Below are positions 27,080-41,435 of a stretch of DNA of 64,000 nt, piece by piece. The notes beneath the pieces were generated by a model, which saw only the letters and a program-made list of their open reading frames with translations, made no database searches and had not been told where the DNA came from. The position numbers and the translations under genes are program-made. Source of the DNA: Eledone cirrhosa (lineage: Eukaryota); the NCBI GenBank assembly GCA_964016885.1, contig OZ024740.1, positions 122,512,001 to 122,576,000 of the forward strand. The letters run 5' to 3'. How positions within the stretch are numbered: the stretch's first letter is position 1; every line of letters begins with the position of its first letter.

Positions 27080-28090
27080 AGATAAGATTGTGTCCTATAC
27101 TGTTCTTAATGTTCATCAATGATTGTTCTGATGACATATTTATCAGTTTCGTATCTATGCAGATGACACAGTTCTCTATTCTTTTCTGAATGGTAATTCA
27201 GATATGTTTGATAAACTTGAATTGGAAGATGATCTTGAATATGACTTTCAATCTGTGGTTGAGTGGGACAAGAAATGAATTGCTACCTTTAATGTATCTA
27301 TGACTAAACAGCTATTTTCTAATCACCATGGAGAACCACATTTGCTTTTCATTATCATGGATTGAATGTTATGTATTCAGATCCTGCTAAGTTTAGCTTT
27401 GCCTTTCGTTCTGATGGTGTCAATAAATAAAGCACCGATAAATAATGTACTGGGTTGATATAACTGACTATTCCCCTCCACCGAAATTGTTGACCATGTG
27501 CCTAAATCAGAAATCATTATTATGGCTGATCATATCCTTCAAGAGGACAGCTTGATATGCCTTCTTAGTTTAACATTTTCTACTGATTTGAGTTGGAAGG
27601 ATACTCAATTCTGCTGTCCAGATAGATGTTTTGTTCTGTCATGCTAGAAAATGTTTCATGCCTGAAAATATCTCATATTTTACAAATCAACCATTCAACC
27701 TCGTATTGAATACTGATGCCACATCTGGTCTAGTGATTCCACCAGGCTTCTTGAGAGTTTGGATAAGATTCAAACAAGAAACTTCAAGATTATTGGTCCC
27801 AACTTATCATGCCAGATTCAATCATTGGCATACCATTGAAATGTTGCATCTGTAATATTTTGTAAATAATTTCATGTGAATTGTTCTGATGAGCTTTTAT
27901 TTATATTGCCTCATCTTCACAAGTTTAAATGGTGCACAAGATTGGCACCTAGGTCTCATCAACTTACAGTTGGAGTTCGTAAATGCTATTCTGATACACC
28001 ATTGCATATCTCACATATTCTCTTCAGGCTTCTTGATTTCCTGACCACTACAATTTGCAAAATTCAAAATCAACATCAATCATCGTCTTT
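27080..28090 (+). mobile_element. CR1/L2-group LINE RT 3' relic, interrupted by a SINE
   Basis: Translates CPILFLMFIND, IYADDTVLY, VVEWDKK*IATFNVS.TK and later YKSTIQPRIEY*CHIWS. Confidence 0.75.
27361..27520 (+). mobile_element. 5'-truncated SINE family A nested in the LINE relic
   Basis: agctttgcctttcgttct...catgtgcctaaatcagaaatcattatt; flanked by cattatcatgg (27350-27360) and cattattatgg (27515-27525). Confidence 0.7.
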
Positions 28091-29019
28091 TCTCTTCTTA
28101 CATTATGTTCTCTCTCTCTTTGGTCTTTTTTTCCTTCTCACTAATCCCTTTCATTTTAGTAGCTTTATAAGCAAATTAATGATAGTTTAGAAGGAAGATC
28201 ATAAAAATTCATCTCACAGCAATTTAAATGCAAATATTTAATCTGAAATTCCTGTATAAATGTATGTTTTAATTCCTAATGGCTTGGTCAAGAGAGGAAG
28301 TACAATGTCCATAATATTTTTCACACCCTTCCTGACAACTACTGTAAGAAGGTACATGATCTTTGCCCAAATGTTTTCAAGATAGCAGTTTCTACTAAAA
28401 CCACCTACAGATCAGGTGTTGATGTCAAACTGGACAATGAATTAAGTCTACCAACCATTTCAATTAATGTATCATCTTATAGTAAATTACAATAATAGAA
28501 TTCTATTCAATTTGCAAGACAATTCTGAGAAGAATAGATGTATATTCTCACTGGAGACAATAGGAACATTAAAAGGTTTCTTTAAATAGATAACATATAG
28601 AACAGATATAAAAAGTATTCAGGCCTCTATAATCATGAAATCACATGAAATCCTAAGATAAGTTAATAACCACAGGGAGAAATAATCAAAGTGTGAAACC
28701 AAACATACAACATAAATAGAACATGTTATAAATAAAAATATTTTCCAGCAATTTGTCACCTCCATAATTCTTGATTTTATATGTTCCTATAAGATAGACA
28801 AATAAACATTACAATGATTGAGATTAAATGAGTTATCTTTTCACAATATATGAATATTATTGATTAGTTGTGTTAGCTGCATGACACTCTTACCAATACT
28901 ATCTCGATTGAGAACTAACAGTGGTATCAATTTCATCTTGGGAGAATGGGACAAATATTAAAAGGCACAAACTGGATAATTGAAATGTCTTCCAGGTCAT
29001 TTTAAAAAAGTTTGCCTCA

Positions 29020-29265
29020 AGCCCAGAGGCTCATCAGAGCTAGTAGTTATCCCAATTTCTGTGATGTTAAGCAACGTAGAGTACAAGACGCTTCCCTGGT
29101 CAAGATGCCCTTCCATTGCTGGTTCTCCTTTTTAGCTGAGTATACTGGAGAATGGTGAAATAAAGTGTTTTCCTCCAGAACACAACACAACCCAGTACAG
29201 GAATGAAACCCATGACATTATGATAATAAATCCAATACTCTAACCACTAGGCCACGTGTTTCCAT
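29020..29265 (-). mobile_element. SINE family B, diverged
   Basis: gtgaaataaagtgttttcctccagaacacaac...ctctaaccactaggccacgtg is the reverse complement of the family B head and CORE-like block. Confidence 0.65.
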
Positions 29266-31904
29266 ATTTCATTTAAGCTTAGCATTATTGATTGTTTTTT
29301 ATTCATTGTATTTCACATGTTTTATCTTATTTTTCAGTTAAGTGTATGAATAACCTTGAATTGAACTCACAATACTTTATTTTATAAAACAGATCATGGT
29401 TTTATGTTTCTGATTGTGTTTTAATAGAAAATATCCAAAAAAACCACAGTTAAATCCATTTACATTTATCATTTATGTTTGTGTGTCAAAACAGGCGTTT
29501 TTTGGTGTGTTTTGTTTATTTATTTTTGTAAATGGTCACAATGATTTTCCCATGGTATAGTAGCTTTAGTTTCAACATATGGTCTCAGATTAAATCACAT
29601 GCTAAACAAGTAATACTCCAACACATGTATACTACATTTTATTATTCAGTCTCACTGTTTATAACGAAAATATTATCTCATAATTAGATATGATTCAATT
29701 TCTGCCCCCACCCCTACATGCTCAGTATCAACTCTGATTAGTGTCTCAATTGTTCTGTAACTATAATATGTAAGGATCAAGCACTTTACTCTCTATAAAC
29801 CATACTCATGATACGCTTTAATTTTGAATAGATAACTTTCGAGCGTAGTGTCTTTTCTGAACACTGTCCCACATTTACAAATTCATTATACCTTGTTATC
29901 ATGAATCTTATCATAAGGTATAGTCACAGAGAGAACTTCCTTTTCATTTATATTCCATAATTTGAAGCAACAAATGTACTAATCTTTGTTGTAATTGTGT
30001 TGAGTAGTTAAATGTATGGGTATTTGTTTTTAGTTATTATATTCTCGGGTGTAAACAATTTCATTGGAGAAAGCAGTGTATGTCTAAGGTTGCTGATATC
30101 TCACAATAATTTTCTTGGTATTGCAGGCATGGGAGGATTGATAATTTGTATGGATATTTTGACGTTTTAGGGGGTATTGAAAATTAAATCATTCAACGTA
30201 TCTTTTATTTTTTTAAGATGATAGCATGGGATTTGGAGTTGATTGGCTGCTAATTCTAGTATGTCAAGTGTCCATAAATAGGCTTCCCTATCAGAGTTTA
30301 GATAAAGAGAGGTGTTTGGCTCTGAATATAAGATGTTTGCCATTCAAATCTAGGAAGATGCACAGAGATGACTATATGTTTGAACGTTTAAAAATGAAAT
30401 TTCAGAAAAGATGGAGTTAACAGCTTAAATAGTTTTGCCTTTGGTATACAGAAATCAATTAAATTTGTGATTACCCTTTCTTCATTAATGACCTATTGTT
30501 TTTAAATTTAGCTGTTTAAATTACTTTCTTAATAGCATTGCAGTTTTATCTTATGTTTATCACCCTAACAAACTACCTGAATTACTAATTCATTCACTAC
30601 TTAAATACACAAGCAAACATAACTAACTCCCAATAGCAAATTAATGAATTCTCACACTTTCAAACTAATTAACGCCTTCACTCTTAATTCAATCATACTA
30701 AAGTTTATCTCAGCTCAACCCTAAACAGCTGCTCATTCAATATAACATATGCAAAATACATGAACATTCACAACGATGTTCTTAACATATGCATGGCTCT
30801 TCTAGACTGAATACAAAAAATAGCAGTTTGGCTATTTCCTCAAAACTTCATTTAACAACACCCTATAAAAAATTGTCTACCATCAAACTGTGGTTTCTAT
30901 TTCTTCAACTCTTTGTTTCCTTGAAATAGATATTTTGTTGGTATGGCTCATGCCTGCAAATGGTTAGCTTGACATCATTGAGGTTGCACTTCATAGGAGG
31001 TTTTTTGGGTGTTTTAATAATAGGGGACCCAGTCATATATTATCAATATTTTCCCAGTTACAGGAGATGGGATTTGAACTCAGAATGCACAAACACAGAA
31101 TACATATCACAAGCATCCCATACATCATGTTAACAATTCTGCCAATCCACTTCCCCAGGCTGGTAATTTATTTATTGACTGAGGAAGAATGAAAGGCAAA
31201 ATCAAACTCAATTACATTTGAAATCCAAGGGTACAGAGCCTAATGACATCCCACAAGGCCTTTATTCTGTAGCTCTAATGCTTCTACCAATTCAATGCTT
31301 TCTGTATATTACATTCTACATAACTGTATATTACATTTTATTTAAGTCCTTTGTCATATTTGTTGTTTTTCCGATCATTGTAAATCATTCATAAAGAATC
31401 CACAAAACGTTAAATTATGAGAGCCAGTACAACATGAAGTAAAATGCTTCATTGTATTTGGTAAATCTCTCAGTAAGGTAAAATCCCATTGTGGTAATCT
31501 TTTCCAGCCTGAAAAATCAAATATCCCTCAAGTGCAGTGGGATGGACTATTTGTTTCAGTTGTTTGCATTCTGTGTTTAAATAGCACGGAGGCCTACTTA
31601 GGTGATGTATGTAATGCATTGCCTGGTTTAGTGCGCCCCCCCCCCCCCCCCCCGGCTTTGGGGGCATTTAGCAGTGTCCACTTTGAAATCATTTGGATGA
31701 GGTCTCCAGCTTACTTTCTCATTCATACAAGTCTCAGAGTCTCTAAAATTGATGTTCAAAACTCCTTCGATATAAGTTTTAAAAGAAATTAAATATTGGT
31801 CCAAACATTCTTCCTCAGAAACTCATTCGTTTAGAAATACTTCCCTATCCATAACATGTTTTTCTTTTTCATATACTAACCTAGTATTTTTGTTTGGATA
31901 AATA

Positions 31905-32915
31905 GTATGAAGTTGAAACCATTCATTGGGTGAGTTGGAGTCCCACAAGCGAGTGTGCTGTCACCTCTCCTGTTCTTAATCTTTGTGGACGAGATTGACA
32001 AGATCAGCTGGGCTGAATGGCTAGTGTAGGATCAGTCAGCCAGATTTGGCAAACAACATGGAACTACTTATCTCATCAGAAGATGATCTCCAACATACAC
32101 TTGATAGATTTGCTGCCGAGTGCTGCAGGGCAAGAATGAAAATCAGTACTGTGAAGACTGAGACACTCAACCTCTCAAGACAGCTTATGCAGTGCACTTT
32201 ATAAGCAAGGAATTTAACTGAAGTAAGTAAAGAATTTTAAGTATCTTAGGGTCGTGATCACAAGTAACGGAAGGCAGGAGGCTGAATTAAGTGCAAAAAT
32301 GTGTTGCAGCTGGTGCACTAATGTGCCACCTTCAACATTCAGTCAACAGTAGAGGTGGTAGGTGTAAAAACCAATCTCACAATCTCCAATTTGCTATTTT
32401 TGCCAACCTTTACCTATGGTCATAAATCTTGGATAATGATAGAAAGAATATGAACGAGCACACAAGCAGCTTAAATGCAAAGGATCGTTGGTCAATAGAG
32501 TGCTTAGCTCGTAGATCAAAAAGTTTCTGCATGTGGAGCTGCTACTTCTCAATTTTAGATATCACAGCATTGATCTTATAGACATGTGGTTAAAATGTTT
32601 CAGGAAAGATTTGCTGGATAGATTTTACAGGCAAAATTAACTTGCAGAAGATCCAAGTGCCAACTTCAAACAGAATCGTTAGATAACAACCATCAGCTCA
32701 GTTGGTTTCACTTGAGCATCCTGCTGGATCAATTGGAAATGGTTGCTTCTGACATGACTTGCTGGAAGGATTGTTTGAGGACTCTGCCCCATGACCCTCC
32801 CAGGAATAGATGGGTGGAGAAGAAGAAGAAGAAGAAGAAGAAGAAGAAGAAGAAGAAGAAGAAGAAGAAGAAGAAGAAGAAGAAGAAGAAGAAGAAGAAG
32901 AAGAAGAAGAAGAAG
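31905..32915 (+). mobile_element. Expander-like RTE 3' portion ending in a long (GAA)n tail
   Basis: VGVPQASVLSPLLFLIF, LDRFAAEC...MKISTVKTE, FKYL, PTFTYGHKSW; (GAA)n at ~32819-32915. Confidence 0.8.
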
Positions 32916-33278
32916 ACACTAAGCTGCATATTAGCCCTATTAACATTACACAGTTATCACTATCATCATATATGAGGGTCTTCAAATGCTATTCGTCAGA
33001 TTCACTGATGAAAAAGATTAATTTTCTGAATCATTTAAATAATGTAATGTAATTAAATTTTACCACACTGTAACAATAATAACTAATTAAACTTTTCACT
33101 AAACACCTTAACTAATTAACTTCTAAATATATTAAGTAATTAGGTCTCTTTCACATACAATATTAACTAATTAAGTCTATCATGTTCTCAACCAATTGAA
33201 AACATCTTATAAAAAAACTCATACTAAAACATTCACACGAACAAAATGTGATGACTCTCACCTCACTATTTCAGATAA

Positions 33279-33288
<10 letters not shown>

Positions 33289-33327
<39 letters not shown>
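33289..33327. repeat. (TA)n microsatellite; other long TA runs at about 39582-39630, 45439-45471, 55373-55458, 56088-56103, 60358-60428 and 61668-61757, plus (GA)n at 61758-61796
   Basis: Directly visible. Confidence 0.95.
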
Positions 33328-33330
<3 letters not shown>

Positions 33331-33980
33331 TCACACATACATGAGCATATACACTCACACACACATGCATATATATTTACATATATACTTGTCTTACAAT
33401 TCTTTGAAATCAATTTCTTCCAGCTTTGATTCTCCCCTCTTTGAAAGGTGTCTCCTGATGGTCCCCCCAATGAATTTTAGTAGCTGCTTCTAAGAGTTAC
33501 TGTCACCCTAATTGGGACAGGGGACCAGGTCTCACTTATGCATTCCATTTTTAGCATCGGTGGATGCCTTTTCTAACACAAATCATTTAACATAATATAC
33601 AGGATAAATTATTTCACAGCATCAACACTAGATACTTTTGCAACGTATTTAACAGGACTAAAAGAAAAATATTCATAAACTAAATAGCAAACAAATAACC
33701 AAAATCCAATGTTATTTTAAATTCTGTTTATTTAGCTAGCTGACAGAATGTCCTTTAGTTTTTGTACTGTGAAACTATACACATATTCTTGTGAGCTTTG
33801 AGTAATAGTAAATTTGTTCTTTATATGTATAAATCTAAATTTTGAAGTTCCATAAGACATATGTGATCAAGCATATAGGCAAATATGTGCTAATGCATGT
33901 ACACAGACATTAGCTTATATAGGAATATTTGTTTAGAATAGCTGTGTGTATGCAAATAATTAAGTAACCACAAATATTAA

Positions 33981-34227
33981 CCCATTCATTTCCATATTTG
34001 TTTATGAAAGACACAGCCTATAATTTTAAAATAATTTTGAAAATTATCACGAATTTGAAATGATTTGATAATACATCTAATGTTCGCATTATTAAGCTAT
34101 TGAACATAATACAAATTCTTCTTTAAAATAAGGATGGGAGAGTTTTAGATAAATATAAACATTTTGAAAATAAACAGTTTCATATCATAGAACAAGAGGT
34201 GGCTTCAATTAGTTTGGTATCAAAGGG
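33981..34227 (+). mobile_element. TTAA-flanked MITE (piggyBac-like ends CCC...GGG)
   Basis: ttaa|cccattcatttcca ... tggtatcaaaggg|ttaa; imperfect TIR. Confidence 0.6.
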
Positions 34228-34433
34228 TTAAGCAGTGTTCATTCATTTGCATACATACATAAATAGATAGATGATAAAGTTGCTAGGTTTGTGCTTTTGT
34301 ATCTGTGGCTTGCATATATAACTGGCAATTACAAAGCTTACTTCTCAAAGACGATGTCTGACTCCTAACTTATTTCATGAAGAAAGCAAAAATATTTAAG
34401 CTTATTAAAATTTCTTTCACGGTGAAGAGAAAA

Positions 34434-34760
34434 GGCACATGGCTTAGTGGTTAGAGCATTGGGCTTGCAATCGAAGGGTTGTGAGTTCAATTCTCAGACC
34501 GGATGATGTGTTGTTTCCTTCAGCAAGACACTTTATTTCACATTGCTCCAGTTTACTCAACTGTAGAAATGAGATGATAGGGTGTGGAGTCCATATCATT
34601 CCACTGCAACGTGGTCGTGGTGGTGCCATGGCAAAAAAGGACCCACTGTAAATGAGGTTGGTGTTTGGAAAGGCATCCAGCTGTAGAAATCAAGCCAGAA
34701 TCAGTTCCACCTTTGCAAGCAGGGAAAAGCAGACGTAAAATGCTGATGATGATGATGATA
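34434..34760 (+). mobile_element. SINE family B with RTE-derived 3' tail
   Basis: tRNA-like head ggcacatggcttagtggttagagc...gagttcaattc, CORE-like block, then RTE 3' UTR motif aaggcatccagctgtagaaa and (GAT)n; second copy at 63296-63612. Confidence 0.85.
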
Positions 34761-34774
34761 TTGATGAATTTGTT

Positions 34775-35060
34775 CATTGCATGTGGGTGATATTGGCTTT
34801 ACTACCAGCAATGCAGAGGTGAAGAAGATAGTTAAATACCAGGGCCAGACTGGCTGCTTCCTCTTTGTACCAATCTCTATTGAGACCTTCGTCCCCACAC
34901 ATCTTATTTCTTCTTGAAAATTGGAAAGATGGCAGCCTTCCTCAGGAGGGAGCCACATGAGGTAGGGTGGCTGTTGTAGCGGGTATTTCTGGCCATTCTC
35001 TTCAATAACACCTTCACCATTTTTTCCATGGTGTGTGACTGATACACTGCTCAGACTGCA
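34775..35060 (+). mobile_element. CRE-like non-LTR retrotransposon 3' relic (RLE endonuclease end)
   Basis: Translates NAEVKKIVKYQGQTGCFLFVPISIETF and EPHEVGWLL*RVFLAI, matching the AE..K..KY...FVP...ET and QR.S.A pattern. Confidence 0.55.
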
Positions 35061-36923
35061 GTGTAATGTCTGTCTCTCCTCCTCTTCCTTTCTTTCGTTA
35101 CTTGATTCATTTTTCTTTTTCATTTTATTTCCTTTTGTTTCTTTCTCTTTTGATCCCATGTTATTTTCATGGTGAATGTCTATAATAAAAGGCATTTCAG
35201 TCATCACCATCATCATTATTTAATAACCTTTCATTGTTAAGAAAATTCAGCCCCTTAAATGTAGTGTTTGACACACTTAATCAAAATTAGAATTCCATAT
35301 GCAGTGAGGAGATGGAAACATTAGCTCAAGAACCAATATTTGTTTCATAAGGTTTTTAGAAAGCGTGGTAGCAACTTTATGCATGTTTCATTCTTATTAA
35401 AGCATAACCTGTTTTAATTTTGCCAGATCAAATGACAGATAATTTCTATATAGATGGAGAGGAAATATACACAAGTTGGCATGGTAACATAACATGACTT
35501 CACTGAATAGATTATTCAAATATTAATTTATATAATGTTTTTGAGTTGTCACCCCTTTTGCCCGAGTAAATTTTCTCACATTATTTATTGAAAATGTGTT
35601 CACTACTCTCACTGAAAGAGTAATTTGATTTATTGAAATTTGATTTTTTTTTCTGTTCAATACACAAGTTATGCTAACAGTTACTCAACTATTACATTTT
35701 ATGTATATTGTCTCAGAAGTATGTACCACAGTTAGTATTATTAATTCAGTTATTTCTTGTTCTATTTATTTCCATGATTTTATATATTTAAACAAATATC
35801 GAGAACCATTTAAGCACAGACAGACACACACACACACACACACACACAAATGGGCATGCACATATACTCATCATCAGCATACATTTGATTGGATTTTACA
35901 TATCAGGTCAGTACTTAATCCAAGCTACTTTACTCCTAAATAAATCAAAAAACCACATTTTGCTTACCTGCCTTCCAATTTTTGAATGGCTTCTAAACTT
36001 AGAGGAGCTTAGTAATGCCAATCTAAATAGTTGCATACACTAACCTCTCTTTTCCTCATTTCTATCACTGGTTCTGTATCTCACAATGGACATCTTTAAG
36101 TTGTAACTGATGCATTTTTTGTTTGACTGAACTAATGTTGAGACAAATTGAATGATTAACAATTCAAATGTGTCAACATACACGTGTAAGGTGATAGTTA
36201 TCACACACTATTGAAGACTAATGTAAATTTGTAAAATACTATGGATAGTTACAATGGCATATTTTCAATTTGGGAGACATGCTTGTAAAGAGATATTTAT
36301 CACACACGGTAAAGTGCAAATGTAGATTTATATCAAATATTATGGAAGGCCACATTTATCAGATAGTCACAATGCTGAACAGGAAGTGTTAGAGAGTAAA
36401 TGTGGAGAGGAGTTGATTATATCAGACTGATTCTTGACTGGTATTTTATTTTATTATCTTGGAACGATGAGCAGTCAAATTGACTATAAATAATTAAATA
36501 ATAACAAATTTGAAGGATGAAAGGAACCATTGAAACAAAGCTGCATTTTAACCTTTTCATTACTCTATTTCTACTGATATACATTGGTTTTGAGTTTCAC
36601 TTAATTTAAAAAATAATCAAGAATTTGAAGGGATAGAGTATTATAATGTTCACGTTAGGCATTTCAAATTTAAACCTGAAAAATGTTCAACATCATTTTA
36701 ACGTACACTTTCACTGCTAGCAATTGTTGCATGGGTCTACATAGAGAAAGTCAGCACTGAAATGAGGCTGCTGATCTCCCAGACAGGCCAGGGATCTGAG
36801 GTTTGCTTATGTATGTTCTCATATTCTACAAAGTGCACAGGGAAGGTTGTCATGCCTTTGAGACAACTGAAGGTCATCCCATTGTTTGACAAAACATCAT
36901 GAGAGAGGATTTACATTTTAATA

Positions 36924-37301
36924 TCTTTATATATATACAAGCGAGGATGTGTGTGTGTCTGTGTACAACTTTGGATACCTAAGGCTTTTACAATTACCAA
37001 CCGAATGTGACCAAATTTTGTGTGCACGTTGCACAGGTCACTAAGATGGTCACATCACAAAATGTTTCCAATCGACCCACGTTGAGTAATAAAAAAAATC
37101 GATATCAAAATTGATGTAAGGGGGATAACCAACTTTATTGACAATCCTTATGAAAAAAGGGAGATAACCAACTTTATTGACAATCCTTATAAAGAGACTG
37201 CTTATTTTGACAGGTTGGGGACAAATAATATTCTTTTACTTCCTAGCTGTATATTCTTAGCATAATTTCAAGCCCCTAGCAACGCCGAGTAAATCTGCTA
37301 G
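36924..37301 (+). mobile_element. Complete non-autonomous Helitron (378 bp)
   Basis: A|TCTTTATATATATAC...(GT)n ... tagcaacgccgagtaaatctgCTAG|T; no TSD, inserted in an AT dinucleotide; internal duplication of gataaccaactttattgacaatccttat. Confidence 0.8.
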
Positions 37302-39579
37302 TAAACACTAAATAAGAAAAGCTTTTATACCATAGAATTCAAGGCCGTTTCAGGTATATTGGTTGGAGAATAGTTCAAGCAACAACAGCTTATAAAAAGA
37401 AAGGGCATTTTCACACAAAAGTAAACCTGACCAAAACATATAATAAAACTTTATGTATCAAACTGCCTTTTCCAAAAACGTGCTTAAAGAATGGACATTA
37501 AACGGTGATGATGATGATGAAAGAAAAAAACAAGAATTGTAAAAAAATAAAACTCACAGATCTGGTAAGTAAATCATTTTCAACAGATATAGTGGAATTG
37601 TGTCAGTAACCAGGTCACTGAGGTTCTGCAAATGGCAAATCATTTGATACTTCATAGTATATTGTACACAAATTATTTTATAGGTAGATTAATGTAAGAA
37701 TTAAATGAAACTAATGAAAAGAGGGTTTGAATGTTCTTAAATGTCAAAATAAATTTTCCTTAATCTAATTGCATTAGTTTCAACATAGCATTGCAAACAA
37801 AATGCGATTCTGAAATATATATATTTATTATAATATAATTGATCAAAATAGAATATTCTTCAGCATCCAGTTGTAGAAAACATACCAAAAAGGATTGGAG
37901 GTATCCTTAAGTTGTGTTAAGAACATGACAAACTTTCTAGTGCTGATGCAATGGTAAAATGCATGCAGTAAAATCTATAAGTGGTTGGTGATAAAAAGGG
38001 CATTCAGCAATAAAAACGTGCACAACATTGGGCCTGAAGACTCTTCTGCCATGTCAAAAACATTATCACCTCTCTAGTGCTGCTGCCAAAATAAAATGCA
38101 CTCAGTATACTCTGTATAGTGCAAGAACATATATAAGTAAATGTCTGTCTCAATATATGCAACACTTGTTAGTAGAAAAGACATACATTAAATAATAATG
38201 AGGGAAAGTGATTTTAGTGGGGGTTTTCTTTCAAAGTGTGTATGTATGCATGTACACACAAACACACACACACACAGACGCACACATATATTTATATAGT
38301 TTTAAATAAGACAACAAACACAGAGTCTCTGCAACAAAAGTCTTATTAGGTTAACGCTTCCAAAATGGAAAAAGGAAGATCAAAGTATTGGACGTTAGTC
38401 TTTCATCAAGAGTAGGAAAATATAAAGATAAGTTTCAGAACGTTCAAGTAACACAAATGTGGGGTTTATAGATAAAAAGGATAAACAAGAGCGATATATC
38501 CATGTGCGTGTATGTGTCACATATATATAGACATACACTTCCATATAATACCATATGTCTTCTCCAGTATGCTGAAATATACTGATCAAATATGACAAAT
38601 TGTCTATTTATTTGAGATGGATAACTCTTGTCAAAAACGACATAAACCTTTAGATATGTGCATGTGCAGTCATCTCGATTTTGTCTCTCTTTCCCTCCAT
38701 CTATCTATATATGTATCTACCTTGAATTTGCTCTACCAGGTTCAAATACTCACAAAATACCATGTGTTATGTTGGTATATCTACAACTCAATCAGGATGT
38801 GACTGCTCAATTAATTATGTATATATAGGACATGCAATTGTTTGGGACAGAGAGCATGTTTATACTATAATCACTGTAACACTTATAAAAAAGTAAAACA
38901 TATTCAACTAACAAATAAAGCATACAGACTAAAATAATATAGTGAAGAAAAACAGATGAAAAGAACTTGTATCTTCTTTTGCTATAGTGAATGAAAAGAC
39001 ACAAAGAAATGTCTTTAAGAAGCCAGACATATTATATTCTGTGTTTCACTTTACCAGTGTTGATTAACATTAAAGCAACAATGAACATTGTGGCTAAAAG
39101 ATTCAGGATATTATGTGACTTGGAATAAGTGGTTTGTATTTTCTAGTAGTTCTTATAGCTTAAAATACAAAACAGATATTTATATAGATGTCACAAAGCT
39201 AGCAATTATCTGCATTGTTAGAAGTAAAAACACTTTTTGCATGCCAATTAAAGGCAGTAGGAGAGACAAAAATTAAAACCCCTCAACCAATCTTAGCAAT
39301 TTACTTCATTGCATTGTACAATAATGCTTGTGGTAGACAATTCAGACACCATTGTGTATAGAAGAAGACAGTGATTGATGAGAACAGCCTTTTGCAAATG
39401 TTAAGGCCATCAATTTGTAGGAGGATAGAGATAATTTCTTGATATATGTGTAACTAGAGCAATCATTGGTATTATTGCATTTTAAGAAAACTAAGGAATA
39501 TTTCTTACCATCCTCACAGGCATCACAGTTTCAATAAAAATTAGTTCCTTATGTCCTAATATACATTTCAAAGATCATG

Positions 39580-39630
<51 letters not shown>

Positions 39631-39632
<2 letters not shown>

Positions 39633-40045
39633 TCATCATCATTTAACGTACGCTTTTCCCTGCTTGCAAGGGTGGGACGGGGCCTATTCAGCACAGCATC
39701 TCTCCACATGTCATGGTCCTTCGTCATCTCCTCCGTGAGTTTCAGCGATCTGAGGTCTGCTCTCACCATCTCCGCCCATGTCTTCCTTCTACTGGGATTT
39801 CTTGGCACTTCTTTACCCAGCGATTATCCTCCATGCACATCACATGTCCATACCATCTCAGACTTCTCTCCTGCACACCACAACTTATCCCTCTTATACC
39901 CAGTTTCTTTCAAACTCATCTATGCTTGGTTGTTCACGCACATTGACATTGCACATCCAACGAAGCATGCTTGCTTCATTTCTCTCCATCCTTTGCATAT
40001 CCTGTGCAGTTGCCTCCATAAAGCTACGTCCACATTCTTAGCCTC
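39631..40045 (-). mobile_element. RTE LINE 3' fragment (family shared with 51946-52365)
   Basis: RKTWAEMVRADLRSLKLTEEM; ends gcaagcagggaaaagcgtacgttaaatgatgat next to (TA)n. Confidence 0.85.
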
Positions 40046-41435
40046 CCATAAAACGAGAAAAAAGAGGGAGTAGCATTAAACCATTAAAAACATGGTTGTC
40101 AGATATATATAATCAACAGGGAAAATCTTTGTGGCCTTTAATATTGCACTATCTTATAACTATCTATAGAAGAAATTAACGCTCGAATGAAAGACACTTG
40201 TTCAATAACATGCCTGAACATTGATACACATAACATTATTTTGCTAACTTTGATCAATACCATCATTCTTTATTTCTGTATTTCTCTATCTATCTTCCTT
40301 TATAAGTTTTAAATTTTAGTTTAATATCAAACCCATACATTTTTACGGATCTTATTTATAACTGTGAATTTTCAATGGGTTTTTGATCTCTTATTTATAA
40401 TATATTATAATATGTATGTAATTATATTTTCTGCATTTTTTAAATATACCTACTGCATTTTTATATCCATGATTCAAATATAGAGCAAATATCCAAACTA
40501 TAAATTATTATAGACCTTATTTTGAACTTCGAATTATCCATGCATTTTTTATTATTCTTTCTCTTATATACATACACGTAGAACTTTATTATATAAAATT
40601 GTAACTTATCATTTACCTAAAGTATACTGTACCACTAATACCTAATATATATCTATATATACCTCCCTATATCTTCCTATACATAATTTTTAGTTAACTT
40701 CTATATTTTCAGTTAACTTTTAAATTTCTTGATTATGTTTACTCTGAACTAAGAATAATTAATTCATTTATACCCTGTATATTTAACTTTAACATGCCTC
40801 AATCTATTATTTTATTTTCGTTATCATTTACCTAAAATATACTGGCTCATTAATATATATATATACATAATCATTATTTAAATATTTCTAACAATAAGTA
40901 CTTCATAATCTTTACATACCTTATACGCTGATTATCTCCGCTAATGTTTACATTTAGAAAATAATCAACAGTGTAAACTCTCATTCATGTTGGCCAGCTA
41001 AATCTTATAAATCATACCTTCATAAAATTCAGAAGCTTAGAAATGTTAACACACTTATTGAATTTATAAAACTAATATATAAATAACCAGCAATTTAAAA
41101 AAAAAAAAATCTTGATTCTTCATCCTAAAATACCATAAATTAAATATTTTCAAAATTAACCGTTTAACTTTCGGGCAAAAAAATCTCTTTCTGCATATAG
41201 TACCCCCCCCCCCCCTTATATTTCCCTCTCATAAATTGTATCATACATCCTAATATCTTTATAACTGTTACATTAAGCAACATTTTTCTTACTCGCACTT
41301 TCTCTATTGAATTTATTACGTTTTCGCATTTTCTCATTATTAGCGCATAAATGTTAAATTTTCTCTTTGGTTAATCACTACCTTGATTAAATCTTAACCA
41401 TTTAACATCTCAGGGTATGTCATGTATCATTATAT

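Noticed and set aside
29700-30420. Possible further PLE relic on the minus strand
   Set aside because: Only a faint FLDL-like motif; too decayed to support.
32698-33052. Poly-E/K/S/F ORFs
   Set aside because: Translations of the (GAA)n LINE tail.
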